Shown: piece after piece, positions 12,608-24,920 of the stretch
Numbering within the stretch: position 1 is the first letter of the stretch
Layout of the letters: each line of letters begins with the position of its first letter
DNA from: Octopus sinensis
Lineage: Eukaryota
Length of the DNA: 64,000 bases
NCBI RefSeq assembly: GCF_006345805.1
Contig: NC_042999.1
Span: 35,588,001-35,652,000 of the forward strand
Direction of reading: 5' to 3'
Notes under the pieces: generated by a model
What the model was told of the DNA's origin: nothing
Databases searched by the model: none
Seen by the model: the letters and a program-made list of their open reading frames with translations, nothing else
Position numbers and translations under genes: made by a program

Positions 12608-13449
12608 GTGTGTTAAATTATAAGGCACAAAAAGAAAATGACTCTCCCCAGACACAACAGAATATGCTTCAACACACAAATTCATATAAAGAATCTTGCA
12701 AACCAAATCCAAAAACGAATTATTGTACTGTATGTGTGAGAGGTTGGATCTGGTCAGTTTTAACATAAAACAGGTAGAATATTTGGACCAAATATGGCCA
12801 GATTAAATGCTGAACGGGTAAACGTTAGTACTTATTCTCTTAGTCTTTGATATAAACAAACTAACATACTGGTTCTCAAGCAGTGAGTCACAGACACCCA
12901 TTTATACACCCTACACATATATGTCACTCACGAAAGTATATTTCAACATTTTCACTAGTAGCATTTAGATCCGCTTGCTCTATTTGCTGAACAAATAATT
13001 ATTGAAATAGCATAATAATGTGACGTAAAGGCAATATAAATGATAAAAATGATAAATGATAAATGATAAAAAAAAAAAAACAAACAGCTCAAATTATTAA
13101 AAAAACACCAATTTGTATATTCAATACTCAACAGGCATGACTGTGTGATTTAGACGCTCACATTGTAATCATATGGTTTCAGGTTCAGTCCCATGGTATA
13201 GTATCATTGCAGCTTTGTAGAAACTGCAAACTATCAGTGGACAATGGATGGTTTAACTGAAAGCTGCATGGCTTGTAAAACTGCTAATACACTGGTGTGT
13301 AAAGCATAAGCAGCGATGGATTTTAATAGTATTTTAAGCTGTGATGATGGCTTGTAACAATAAATTGTGCACCTGTTCATGTTTTAGATGTTCATGAAAA
13401 TTATCAAAGCTAGTTTATTTTGGACTAGCTACATATTTCCAAATGTGAA

Positions 13450-13705
13450 GATGCATGGCCCAGTGGTTAGGCTGTTGCACTCAAGATCGCTAGATTGGGG
13501 TTCAATTCCCTGACTGGGAAACGGGTTGTGTACTTGAGCAAAACACTTCATTTCATATTGCTCCAGTCCTCCTTTGACCAAGTGGAGAATATTGGCCTGC
13601 TCACCTAGCCAGCAGGGTGGCATCGTTTGAAGGCTAAAACATTTCAAAAATGTCTTGTGATCAACGATGTGTAACAACATCTGATAGATGTTTGGTAACA
13701 TGATA
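13450..13705 (+). mobile_element. tRNA-derived SINE (head Y, tail Q)
   Basis: TGGCCCAGTGGTTAG...GGTTCAATTCC; TTTCATATTGCTCCAGT core; tail shared with the 22250 copy. Confidence 0.7.
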
Positions 13706-13785
13706 TAATTCAAAATAAATTGTAACATTGAGATATCAAGTTATTGTTGATAAGTGAACAGCATAGCTGTAATGATAGTCTAGAT

Positions 13786-13986
13786 CAGTGCTTTTCAACC
13801 TTTTTGCTGGAGCGGAACCCCAAGGAAACATTCCACTGGCTCGAGGAACCCCTGTGCAATAACTTAATTGTCTTATGCACACATATCTGCACAGGAGAAT
13901 TTAAAATTATTGCCGATTTTAGCAGTTTTGTAACTTCTTGCGGAACCCCTGGACTGTACTGGCGGAACCCTGGTTGAAAACCACTG
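13786..13986. mobile_element. hAT-type MITE, 201 bp
   Basis: TIR CAGTG(C/G)TTTTCAACC, perfect 8-bp TSD GTCTAGAT on both sides. Confidence 0.92.
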
Positions 13987-14159
13987 GTCTAGATGGCTGT
14001 TCTGTGTAGCTGTAAGTGAAAGACTGGATTATTCTACTGGCCATGTGACTGTCTGTATATCAGTCTGTGGAGAACTGGAAGTTCACAGAGAAAAAGTATA
14101 AAAGAGTGAATGAAAGTGCAGAAGAAAAGCAAATGCAAACAATGATTCTTTTATCATTT

Positions 14160-15110
14160 AATGTCCATTTTCCATGCTAGCATGGGTTGGGTGGTTTGAC
14201 AAGAGCTGACCAGCCAGGGAGCCGTCCAGACTCCAATTGTCTGTTGTGGCATGGTTTCTACAGCTGGAAGCCATTCCTAATACCAACCACTCCGAGAGTG
14301 TGCTGGGTGTTTTCTATGTGCCTTTACACAGCACAGGCCCGTGTGCATTTAATGTGGCATCGACACCTGTAAAGAGCAAGCCTGTATGTATGGATGACTG
14401 TGATTTTACTTAGCTTCATGTGTCTTATCAAGTACGGCAAACCACCACAAATCTCCTGGTCCCTTATCATTTCCTCAGTGAGGCACAGCATCTCAAGATC
14501 CTTTCTCATCACTTCGTCCCACATCTTCCTGGGTCTACCCCTTCCACAGGTTTTTCCTCTACAATTAGAGCTCAGCATTTCTTTACACAGCTGTCCTCAA
14601 CCATGCACATCACATGACCAAACAAGTGCAGTCAGTGTTCTCTCTTGCACACAAAATATAATGCCTCTTATGCCTGGTTTTCCTCTTAAATCATTTACAC
14701 TCTGTCGTGTGTGCACACTGACATTACCCATCCGGCAGAGCATACTAGCTTCATTTCTTTCAAACCTTTGTAAGTCCTCTGTAGTCATAGCCCATGTTTC
14801 ACAGCCATGGAGCTTAGCTGTACATATACAGGCATCATACGATTTGCCTTTCACTCTGAGGGAGAGACCCTTAGTTACCAATAAAGGTAAAAGCTCTATG
14901 AACTTCACCCAACCTGTTCTTATTCTAGCAACTACGCTTTCAGCACTTCTTCCTCTACTGTTAACTTTGTTACCTAGATAACAGAAGCTATCTACTATTT
15001 CTCTGAGCATTTGAGGAAGTCTATTGTGTGTGCATTTTCATTACTTATAGCACAATTGACACACACAAAGACTATTTTCTCTGTTAAACTTCCTGTGATA
15101 CCGCTGCACC
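14160..15110 (-). mobile_element. 3' part of an RTE LINE including its 3' UTR
   Basis: VDSFCYLG...ARIR.GW.KF.ELLPLL...LHGCETW, GRGRP.K.W then the RTE-tail repeat. Confidence 0.88.
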
Positions 15111-15289
15111 TCTTACGGCGTGGGCATGGCTGTGTGGTTAGGGAGCTTGCTTCCTAGCTACATTGTTTCGGGTTCAGTCCCACTGCGTGGCACTTTGGGC
15201 AGGTGTCTTCCACTATAGCCCCAAGTCGACCGAAGCTTTGTAATTGTATTCGGTAGACGGAAGTAACTGCCGTGTGTGTATGTGTGCGT

Positions 15290-15560
15290 ATAGTGCTCAG
15301 TGCCTCTCCGAAAGAGAGAGAGGGAAAGCTTTCACTGGGTACAACATATGGAGTTTCTTCTTACATATCCAGCAGATCCATCTCCCTAAAAAGACTTGTG
15401 ATTTGTCTGTTTTCCTACTCACTAGAACTTTGGTTTTTCCTAAATTAACTCTAAGGCCCCTAAGATTCCACATCTGAAATTTCTTCTCAAGGTCATGTAG
15501 CTTATTCAGGTACAAGAACAAGGTCATCAATATAGAGGAGCTCCCAGATTTGAATTCTTC
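15290..15560 (-). mobile_element. RTE reverse-transcriptase fragment
   Basis: WELLYIDDL and GLRVNLGKTKV motifs. Confidence 0.7.
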
Positions 15561-16641
15561 TGTTATGGCTTGAGCAATTTATTTTTGGATAAGTCCATCG
15601 TAAGAACAAATACTTTAATTTCTCCCATATAGAAATACATCTTTCAATGTAAAGGGGGTGAGCTGGCAGAATTATTAGAACGCCGGGCAAAATGCTTAGC
15701 GGTATTTCGTCTGCCATTACATTCTGAGTTCAAATTCCGCCATGGTCAACTTTGCCTTTCATCCTTTCGGGGTCGATAAATTAAGTACCAGTTACGCACT
15801 GGGGGGAGGGGGGGTCAATGTAATCGACTTAATCCCTTTGTCTGTCCTTGCTTGTCCCCTCTATGTTTAGCCCCTTGTGGGCAATAAAGAAATAAGAAAT
15901 ACATCTTTCAATCCCAGTTCAAATCCTGGGAAAGGCAGTTCAGAAACAGATATTTCAAATATTTCTATTCAAAAGATATCAGCGTAGCAAAAAAACAGTT
16001 TGAGCAGAAAATTTAACATTTAGAGTAACAGCTAATTAATGTAAGCTGAATGAAGCAAATTAACATGGCATTAAAGCAATCATCAACAGCTTATGCTTGT
16101 ACTACATGCAACATTCTGCAGAGGTAAATTAGCACAACCTGTATTACATCATGTTTGTACCTTCAAAGAGTAGAAACTCCATTCATGCCAATTCACTTTG
16201 TAATACAAAATATTAATAGAATAATAAAAAAAAAACTAAAAAAAAAAACAGAAGCACATAGGACATGCTCTTAATTTTACCTATAAACAAAAACTAAATC
16301 ACTGTGATAATCAGGACCTCTCTTTCTCCCTATATTTTACAGGATGTTGTCAACCCTCCACATATATATATATATACATGGGTAATTATTTTATTTCGTA
16401 TATTTTCATTTGTCTTGTTTAATGCTTTGGTTTTGTGCTGAGTTTTATTTGAGAACATACTCTTTGTGGAGAATGGTGATTTGACGTCTATATCTAGCAT
16501 GTTGACTGTCCACTTTTCGTGTTCAGTCCTTAATTGGTATATAAAAATATTTTAATCTTCGGACTCTTTTAAATATGCTAGACCACTGGTTTTAATTGAC
16601 TAATATCAATTTCTACCCTTAATTAATTTTATATAAAATAT

Positions 16642-16672
<31 letters not shown>

Positions 16673-17186
16673 CCATTTACTAAGGTTGCTCATATATAAA
16701 ATCACATCTAGTTATCGCTCTTACTTTCACATGCAAACAAATGATAGGTTTCATGTCTACTAACACTATAACAACAACAACAACAACAAAAAAAGCATCA
16801 CACACACACAGCATTCTCTACTACTGTTATGACTAAGTGAAAACATGCTGACCTAAAAATGTTTACTTGAATACTGACTACATCAGTCTCACTATGGCTT
16901 GCCAAGGTCACAGACATTGATCTTCCTCATTTGGACTAACTTGCTGTATAAATAAAAGGTTATTTTCTTCCTTCGTTCACTAGAAACCAAAAGCTCTCTT
17001 TTTAACTAAACAAAACTAAATCTGCTGCACCTTTAAACTGATAAATAACAAAGAGCCTCAACAAATCACATCCTCAAAACTTGACAAAAGAACAGTGATG
17101 GCACAACTGACATTTTGTGGCCCTATTTCCTTTCTAACTTTTGTTTTTGTTTTTGCTTCATTATTAGAAATATTATGTTAAAACTT

Positions 17187-17363
17187 TGAGGGCGTGCTGA
17201 AAAGTTCCTACCTTTAAGTAAAAGAAAATACAGGCGGATCAGTTAATTATGATTTTATTCTACACATTCCCCTCTCAAATTCACACACTTATAGGCGCAG
17301 GAGTGGCTGTGTGGTAAATAGCTTGCTTACCAACCACATGGTTCCGGGTTCATTCCCACTGCG

Positions 17364-17395
<32 letters not shown>

Positions 17396-17805
17396 CGTGT
17401 ATGTTTGTGTTTCTGCGTTTGCCCCCCTAGCATTGCTTGACAACCGATGCTGGTGTGTTTATGTCCCCGTAACTTAGCGGTTCGACAAAAGAGCCCGATA
17501 GAATAAGTACTGGGCTTACAAAGAATAAGTCCCGAGGTCGAGTTGCTCGATTAAAGGTGGTGCTCCAGCATGGCCGCAGTCAAATGACTGAAACAAGTAA
17601 AAGAAAGAAAGAAATTCCCCTCTCAAATTCACACACTTATAGGCGCAGGAGTGGCTGTGTGGTAAATAGCTTGCTTACCAACCACATGGTTCTGGGTTCA
17701 GTCCCACTGGATGGCATATTGGGCAAGTGTCTTCTACTATAGCCTCAGGGCGACCAAAGCCTTGTGAGTGGATTTGGTCGACAGAAACAATAGAAGACCA
17801 TCGTA

Positions 17806-17862
<57 letters not shown>

Positions 17863-18178
17863 GTGTGTGTGTGCATTTGTGTGTCTGTGATAGTACCCCA
17901 ACATCGCTTGACAATCGATGCTGGTGTGTTTACGTTCCCCTAACTTAGTTCGGCAAAAGAGACCGATAGAATAAGTACTGGGCTTACAAAGAATAAGTCC
18001 TGGGGTCGATTTGCTCAACTAAAGGCGGTGCTCCAGCATGGCCACAGTCAAATGACTGAAACAAGTAAAAAGAGTAAAAAAAAAAGAGTCCTTCAGCTTC
18101 AGGTTTTCTAATCCCTGTAAAACACCAACCAGGGCTTTTGTGATACCTTTAAAGCCTGGAACTTTTCAGCACCCCTTG
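17187..18178. mobile_element. Mariner-like MITE carrying two tandem SINE insertions
   Basis: ends GAGGG.GTGCTGAAAAGTTCC / GGAACTTTTCAGCACCCCTTG-TA; related copies at 21716-21898 and 32653-32869. Confidence 0.7.
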
Positions 18179-18909
18179 TATATTTTACATTTCTTATAAT
18201 CTAAAACATGGGTCACCAAACTACAGCCCACGGGTCGGTTCTGGCCCATGATGTCAATTTGTCCGGCCTACCGTCGTATACTCTTTTACTTGTTTCAGTC
18301 ATTTGACTGCGGCCATGCTGGAGCACCGCCTTTAGTCGAGCAAATTGACCCCGGGACTTATTCTTTGTAAGCCCAGTACTTATTCTATCGGTCTCTTTTG
18401 CCGAACCGCTAAGTGACGGGGACGTAAACACACCAGCATCGGTTGTCAAGCAATGCGAGGGGGACAAACACAGACACACAAACACACACATACATATATA
18501 TATACATATCTACGACAGGCTTCTTTCAGTTTCCGTCTACCAAATCCACTCACAAGGCATTGGTCGGCCCGGGGCTATAGCAGAAGACACTTGCCCAAGA
18601 TGCCACGCAGTGGGACTGAACCTGGAACCATGTGGTTGGTTAGCAAGCTACTTACCACGCAGCCACTCCTGCGCCTATGCTGAAAAAAATAAACTTGCTT
18701 TTATACTGCTTCATACATTTCTTAGATTACATATGTCGTATGTATACTGACTCAGTCATGTCATGCACTGTGTATTTCACGCACCATAATAATTACTGCA
18801 GTACATCACACGTGCCTTGGGCTAGTCAGTTATTAGTGATTACAATTAAAACAAGAATATCTGATGCCAAGGCCTAAGGCTGCTTTTGTTTTTTTCTTCG
18901 CCCATCGTT

Positions 18910-21057
18910 ATGGCTACTAAGAAGAGAACGATTGATGATGAATGTCGCATTTTCAATAAAGAATGGGAAGAAAAGTACTTCTTTGTGTAAACAAACGACC
19001 AGTTGCCTGATATGCGATGAAAGTGTTGCTGTTATCAAAGAATACAATATTAGTCGTCACTACGAAGCAAAACATCTCTCAACACATTCTAACTATTCTG
19101 GAAAAGTTGCGATCCGAGAAATTTGAATCTATGAAACGTAGTTTGGAATCTCAAAGGAATTTCTTTACAAAAAAAATTGGTGAAAATGAATCTATCATTT
19201 GTGTAAGTTACAAAATAGGGAATAAGTTGGCACAGAGTGAGAAAAACCATTTACTGATGGAAACTTTATAAAAGAGTGTATGATAGAAGCAGCAAATGAC
19301 TTGTGTCCTGAAAAAGCTAACATGTTTGGTTGTATCAGCCTTTCAGTGGAGGCGCAATGGCCCAGTGGTTAGGGCAGCGGACTCGCGGTCACAGGATCGT
19401 GGTTTTGATTCCCAGACCGGGTGTTGTGAGTGTTTATTGAGCGAAAACACCTAAAAGCCCCACGAGGCTCCGGCAGGGGATGGTAGTGATCCCTGCTGTA
19501 CTCTTTCACCACAACTTTCTCTCACTCTTACTTCCTGTTTCTGTTGTACCTGTATTTCAAGGGGCCGGCCTTGTCACTCTCTGTGTCACGCTAAATATCC
19601 CAGAGAACTACGTTAAGGGTGCACGTGTCTGTGGAGTGCTCAGCCACTTACACTTACATTTCACGAGCAGGCTGTTCCGTTGATTCGGATCAACCGGAAC
19701 CCTCATCATCGTAACCGACAGAGTGCTTCCATTCCATTCCATCAGCCTTTCAACAAGTTCAGTTGTGCGGAGAGAGAGTATACATTTACAGATACATGAG
19801 AAAGCTAAGAAATTTTTATGGCATTCTCTTGGATGAGTCTACTGATCTCTCTAGTATGTCACAACTTCTTGTATTCATTCGTAGTGTTAATTGCAACTTT
19901 GAGATTATAGAAGAAATGGCATCTGTTTGCAGTATACATGGAACAATAACTGGAGAAGATATTTCCATAGAGGTGCAGGAAACTTTGCAAAACTATAACC
20001 TTCAGTGGAATCAGCTTTGGTGTGTTACAGTCAATGGAGGAAAAAGCATGGCAGGAGTGAGGAAGGGTTTGGTAGGGCAGATCCAGACCAAGTTGGAGGA
20101 GCTTCAACTTCCGAAAGCTCTGTTTATACACAGCATTATACATCAGCAAGCACTCTGTGGAAAACACTTAGATGTTTCTTGCGTACTAAAACTGGTTACA
20201 ACTGTGGTGAACTTTATTCGGAATCATGGGCTTAATCACCGACAGTTCCAGGCTTTCCTTGAAGAAATGGATTCTAATTTCTCTGATTTGCCTTACTACA
20301 CAAAAGTGAGATGGCTCAGTTGCGGTAAAGTCCTGTTTCGTTTTTATAAGCTCTGATCTTTTTCTCACCGAAAAGAATAGAGCTGATCCACTGCTGTCAG
20401 ATCCTTCATGATTATCAAAGTTGTCATCACTTCTCATATGAATGAATTGAATTTAAAACTGCAAGGAAAGAATAACCTTGTCTGTGATCTCTACAGAATT
20501 ATTACAGCATTTCGGAAAAAGCTATCATTGTTTGAAGCACAACTTGAAGGAGGAAACTTCTTTCATTTTCAGTGTTTTCAAGAGTTTTGCACGGAAAATG
20601 TGGAACATGTTAGCCTCGACTTTCAGAAAAAATTAATCGGGATTTAAATAAGCATTTTTCTCAAAGATTTTCAGATCTTGACAGAATTGAGAACGAAATT
20701 CTTTTGTTTGAGAATCCCTTTGGCTGTAATCTTGATAACATGCCAACTGAACTACAACTGGAGCTTATTGACTTGCAAGCTAATACCTTGTTGAAAGAGA
20801 AGCACAGAGAAGGAAAACTCATTGAATTTTATCGCTACTTGCCTGCTGATGAGTTTTCAAAATTGAAAAAATTTGCCTCAGGTATAGCATCAATGTTTGG
20901 AACAACTTATGTTCGTGAGCAAACTTTTTCAAAAGTGAAGTGTGTGAAGTCAATACCTCGAACAAGGCTCACTGATGAACATTTGAAAGCAATTCGTATA
21001 GTTGGCTGCAGCAATTTTAAAACAAATGTTGATGATATTTTGGAAGCAAAACGCTAG
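18910..21057 (+). pseudogene. Charlie/SPIN/GTF2IRD2-type transposase pseudogene
   Basis: KR.ID.ECR.FN.EW..KYFF, CLIC...N..RHY..KH, LDESTD, HCIIHQQALC-like, VRWLSCGKVL.RF, FGTTYVREQTFS; stops, frameshifts and a SINE insertion. Confidence 0.9.
19346..19740 (+). mobile_element. tRNA-derived SINE (head X, tail P) inside the transposase
   Basis: A/B-box-like head GGCGCAATGGCCCAGTGG...GATTCCC; (CCATT)n tail; 12-bp TSD ATCAGCCTTTCA. Confidence 0.88.
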
Positions 21058-21715
21058 TTTCACAAATCTCATTAACTTTTGTGCTGCTTACTTTTTATGC
21101 AATCCAGCTGTGCGCACCGTTTCTAAAAATTCTAACTTTGTAATATTTTGGTATTATTAAAATATGTTTATTGTTTTTTTTTTATTTTGTATATTTTATG
21201 TATTGATAAATAAATAGGATGACTATCTTTATTTTTTTGTGTACATTCAGTGTATTCTATATTGGTTTGAATTGAACAAAATATTTATCCGGCCCGCACT
21301 TGGCATTCTTTTAGTTATATCTGGCCCACTATGAAAAAAGTTTGGTGACTCCTGATCTAAAACAACAGATGTCTATAAATATGACAAGAAGAGATAAAGG
21401 ATTTTTCTGTTTGGCAGCCACTTTTCAATTTCTTCAATTTTTGTTCCAATTGATTCATACTTGGCATATTGGGGTAGTTTTGTAAAGTAATCATTGTCTT
21501 GAAATTCATTTTTGTCATAAACTATTGAAATTTATATGAATACACCAAGTTCTGAAATTTACATTACACTTTAAAATTTCTACAGGTGCAGCCAAACAGG
21601 AAACATGAGATAAAAATAATTGAAATGCTTTTATAGTTTTATCTACACTTTTGACCTGGTTCATGTATCAATTTAACTGTAACAAGCTTTACTCATCACT
21701 ATAAATTGTTCAGGT

Positions 21716-21898
21716 GGGGGGAGGCTGAAAAGTTCCTGGCTTTAAGGGTATATTGAATGGCCTCCCCAGTTCATTTACAAGGCTTGGAAAAGTTGAAGAA
21801 CTGCTGAAATAAGTGTGTGAATCTGAAAAGAGAATCATAATTAACTGATCCTCCCGTATTTTCTTTTATCCAAAGTTAGAAAGTTTTCAGCACAATCA
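21716..21898. mobile_element. Mariner-like MITE (degenerate)
   Basis: same terminal motif as the copies at 17187 and 32653. Confidence 0.6.
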
Positions 21899-21906
21899 TA
21901 TATCTC

Positions 21907-22159
21907 TCTATATATATAAACGGCAAAATGTCTGTGTGTGTCCTTTATACAATTTTTCAGTTAGAGGGCTTGCACTTTCTATGGTCATTCAAAATCGTCC
22001 AAGGGTGGTCGTGCACATCTTTACATTTCCCCAGTCACCCCGCAAAGCCATTAAAAAATCAATAGAAGTGACTTTTTTGTGAATTTTCTATCCAAAATCC
22101 AATCAAAATGCCCGAAACTTGATATGCCAATTGAATGCATTGCCGGGTCATAGTGCTAG
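21907..22159 (+). mobile_element. non-autonomous Helitron
   Basis: 5' TCTATATATATAAA, 3' GCATTGCCGGG...CTAG followed by T. Confidence 0.65.
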
Positions 22160-22249
22160 TATATGATATGAGGTTTCAATTTTGACCTCAAGAAAATATT
22201 ACACAGAGATAATATATACAAAGGAAAAGAGAATGTAATAAGTAAGCAC

Positions 22250-22512
22250 AAAGAGGTGAATGACATAGAGATTAAATAGAATACACGTTCGCATTGTTTT
22301 AGCCTTCGAACGACGCCACTCCGCTGGCTAAGCGAGCAGGCCAACAGAAGAAAGTGGGAGAAAGAGTGGTGAAAGAGTACAGCAGGGATCACCACCCCCT
22401 GCTGGAGCATCGTGGAGCTTTTAGGTGTTTTCGTTCAATAAACACACACAACGCCCGGTCTGGGAATTGAAACCGCGAGTCCGCTGCCCTAACACTGGGC
22501 CATTGCACCTCC
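22250..22512 (-). mobile_element. tRNA-derived SINE (head X, tail Q)
   Basis: head matches the 19346 copy; 3' part matches the 13450 copy. Confidence 0.8.
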
Positions 22513-22752
22513 ACATATATATATATATATATAGTTATATATATATATAACGATAATAATAATAGTAATAGATTATTCATTTTTATACTTTTTGTGATCT
22601 AGTTATATATTTTATAAAAATATATTTTATCTTTTATTTATGATTTGGTTTATGTCTATCATTGTTTGAATTGCATAATAGTGGGTTTTTTTCTCTAATT
22701 TATATTATGTATTTATATATATATATATATATATACACACACATATATATAC

Positions 22753-22805
<53 letters not shown>

Positions 22806-23259
22806 TATATACATATATATTTTAAGCAAGAATATTATTGACAGTGATTTCTCTGCATCTCTTCATTACTCCTCTCATTAATACACAAACACACACACAC
22901 ATATATATTTTATTATATATCTTCTCCATCATTTTACTATCTACTTTTCCATGCCTGCAAAGTCACACAAAGCTTATTGCAACCCATTTTCTATGGCCTG
23001 GTACTCTTCTTGTTGCCAACTCTAACCTGTTTCCAAATTAGACAAGTTTTCTTTATTTCAAATACAAAGGACACATACAAAGTTTACCCTAGCACCATCG
23101 GAATTGCCTCTCTGCTGCTATCCCAAATGCAACAAGATGAGAGATATACCTAGAGAGCTTGTAGAAATGCTGAAGTATAGATGAGTGGATGTTTGTTATG
23201 TACAAGAGACAAGATGAAAAGGAGCCCTCAAACAGATTCCACAAGAGCAAGGTACACCA

Positions 23260-24920
23260 TCATCATCATCAACATTTAACGTCTGTTTTCCATGCTGGCA
23301 TGGGTTTGATGGCTTGAGAGGAATTGGCAAGGCCAGGGGCTGCACCAGGTTCCAGAATCTGTTTTGGCTTGATTCCTACAGCTGGATGCCCTTCCTAACA
23401 GCAACCACTCTACAGAGTATACTGGGTGCTTTTTACATGGCACCTTCACCAGTGCTTTTTGAGTGGCACTAGTACTAGTGCTTTTTACAATGCACCAGCA
23501 CCCACACCAATGCTTTTTACATTGCACCTTGGTCTTAGGATCTCAATACTGCTGTGGTGGGCAGTTCTTCTTGAGTACAGCAATGCACCACATATCTTGG
23601 TCCCCTCTCATTTCCTTCATAAGGTTCAGTATTTTGAAATCAGCCTTCAATATTTCATCAAAGAGGTGCAAATTATTTTCAGTGGGAAAAAGTGATGCAG
23701 GGGCCGGAGTTAGTATATTGTAAGAAATGAATAGATATGGTAACTGAAGTAGCCAGAATATGCAACAGAATAACCAAGCTTAGGTTAGTCATAGACATAG
23801 CAACAGCAATAGTTACTTCATAAACATTACATTAACGGCTGATCAATGAATAGAAGGACCACTTTCATCTAGCCATTCTGCAGTTTACCGAGATAACAGA
23901 TGATGCTGACTTCATTATCACAGCTACCAATTTCAATAGGCATGTCAGAGGCAACAGTATAATGGCTTTTCCGAAGTATATGGTGTTTCAGACGGTTGAG
24001 ATGTCACTGTGCAGAAGGACATAGGGAATAAGAATGATACACTTTCTCTTGTTGACACCAAAACAGTGAAGTATAGAAGTGCTTGTATGAAAGAATGTTG
24101 AAGAAAGAGAGAGAGAGAGAGAGAGAGAGTATCTATTCTGAAAAGATCCAACAGTGGAACCAACCATCAAAACTGACAGCAGTATATTAGACAGAGCAAT
24201 TAAAGATATAAAGATAGGGAAAACAGCTGGTGCATTGAAGATAGTTACTGAGATGCTTAAAATATATGGTGAAACAGGTGTTACAGGCCAGTCACTTTGA
24301 CATTCAATCAAAAGGTATCACATCCTATCACCATCATCTTAAACTGCTACAAGGGTAAAGAAGATACATGAAAGAAGGAAAAGCATGGAGACACCAAACT
24401 ATTAGACCAGGTTATGATAATTACAGAAAAAAGTCATTACAAAATTAACTAGGAACAGGATTAGCAGGCACAAGATAGTTTGGCTTTGTGCTAGGAAGAG
24501 GAACTATTGATGCCATCTTCTTAGAGAAGCAACTGCTGTGGAAGTATCTGGCGAAGAGTAAGCCCCTGAAAAGACTTTTGACTAGGACCCTCACTGTGTG
24601 TTCTTGTGGTCGCTATGGAAGTGAGGGATAGACAAATAGTTTGTGAGGGCCACACAAGCCATGTACCGAGGGGTAATCAGCATGTTGAGAGTTAGCAATA
24701 AGTTCAGCAATGACTTTAGCATGAAGGCAGAATCCAGTAAAGCTCAGTATTCAACACCTTCCTGTTTATTATAGTCACTCAAGCCATAACAGAGGAGTTT
24801 AAATCTGATTGTCCATAGGGATTCCTATATACTGATATCATAGTTCTTTTCGCAGAATCTGTAGAAGACTTAGAGAAGAAACTCCAGAGACGGAAGCAAA
24901 ACCTAGAATTGAAGGCCTTA
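23260..24920. mobile_element. old, rearranged RTE LINE remnants
   Basis: - strand tail at 23260-23700; + strand degraded RT region (AIKDIKIGKTAG...EMLK, LNCYKGK, LYTDII). Confidence 0.65.

Larger units (their letters stand above)
18207..21354 (+). mobile_element. full-length decayed hAT (Charlie/SPIN-like) transposon
   Basis: TIR CA(T/G)G(G/A)GTCACCAAACT; 8-bp TSD ATCTAAAA at 18199-18206 and 21355-21362. Confidence 0.93.

Noticed and set aside
14394-14981. 195-aa + strand ORF
   Set aside because: Antisense shadow of the RTE ORF on the - strand.
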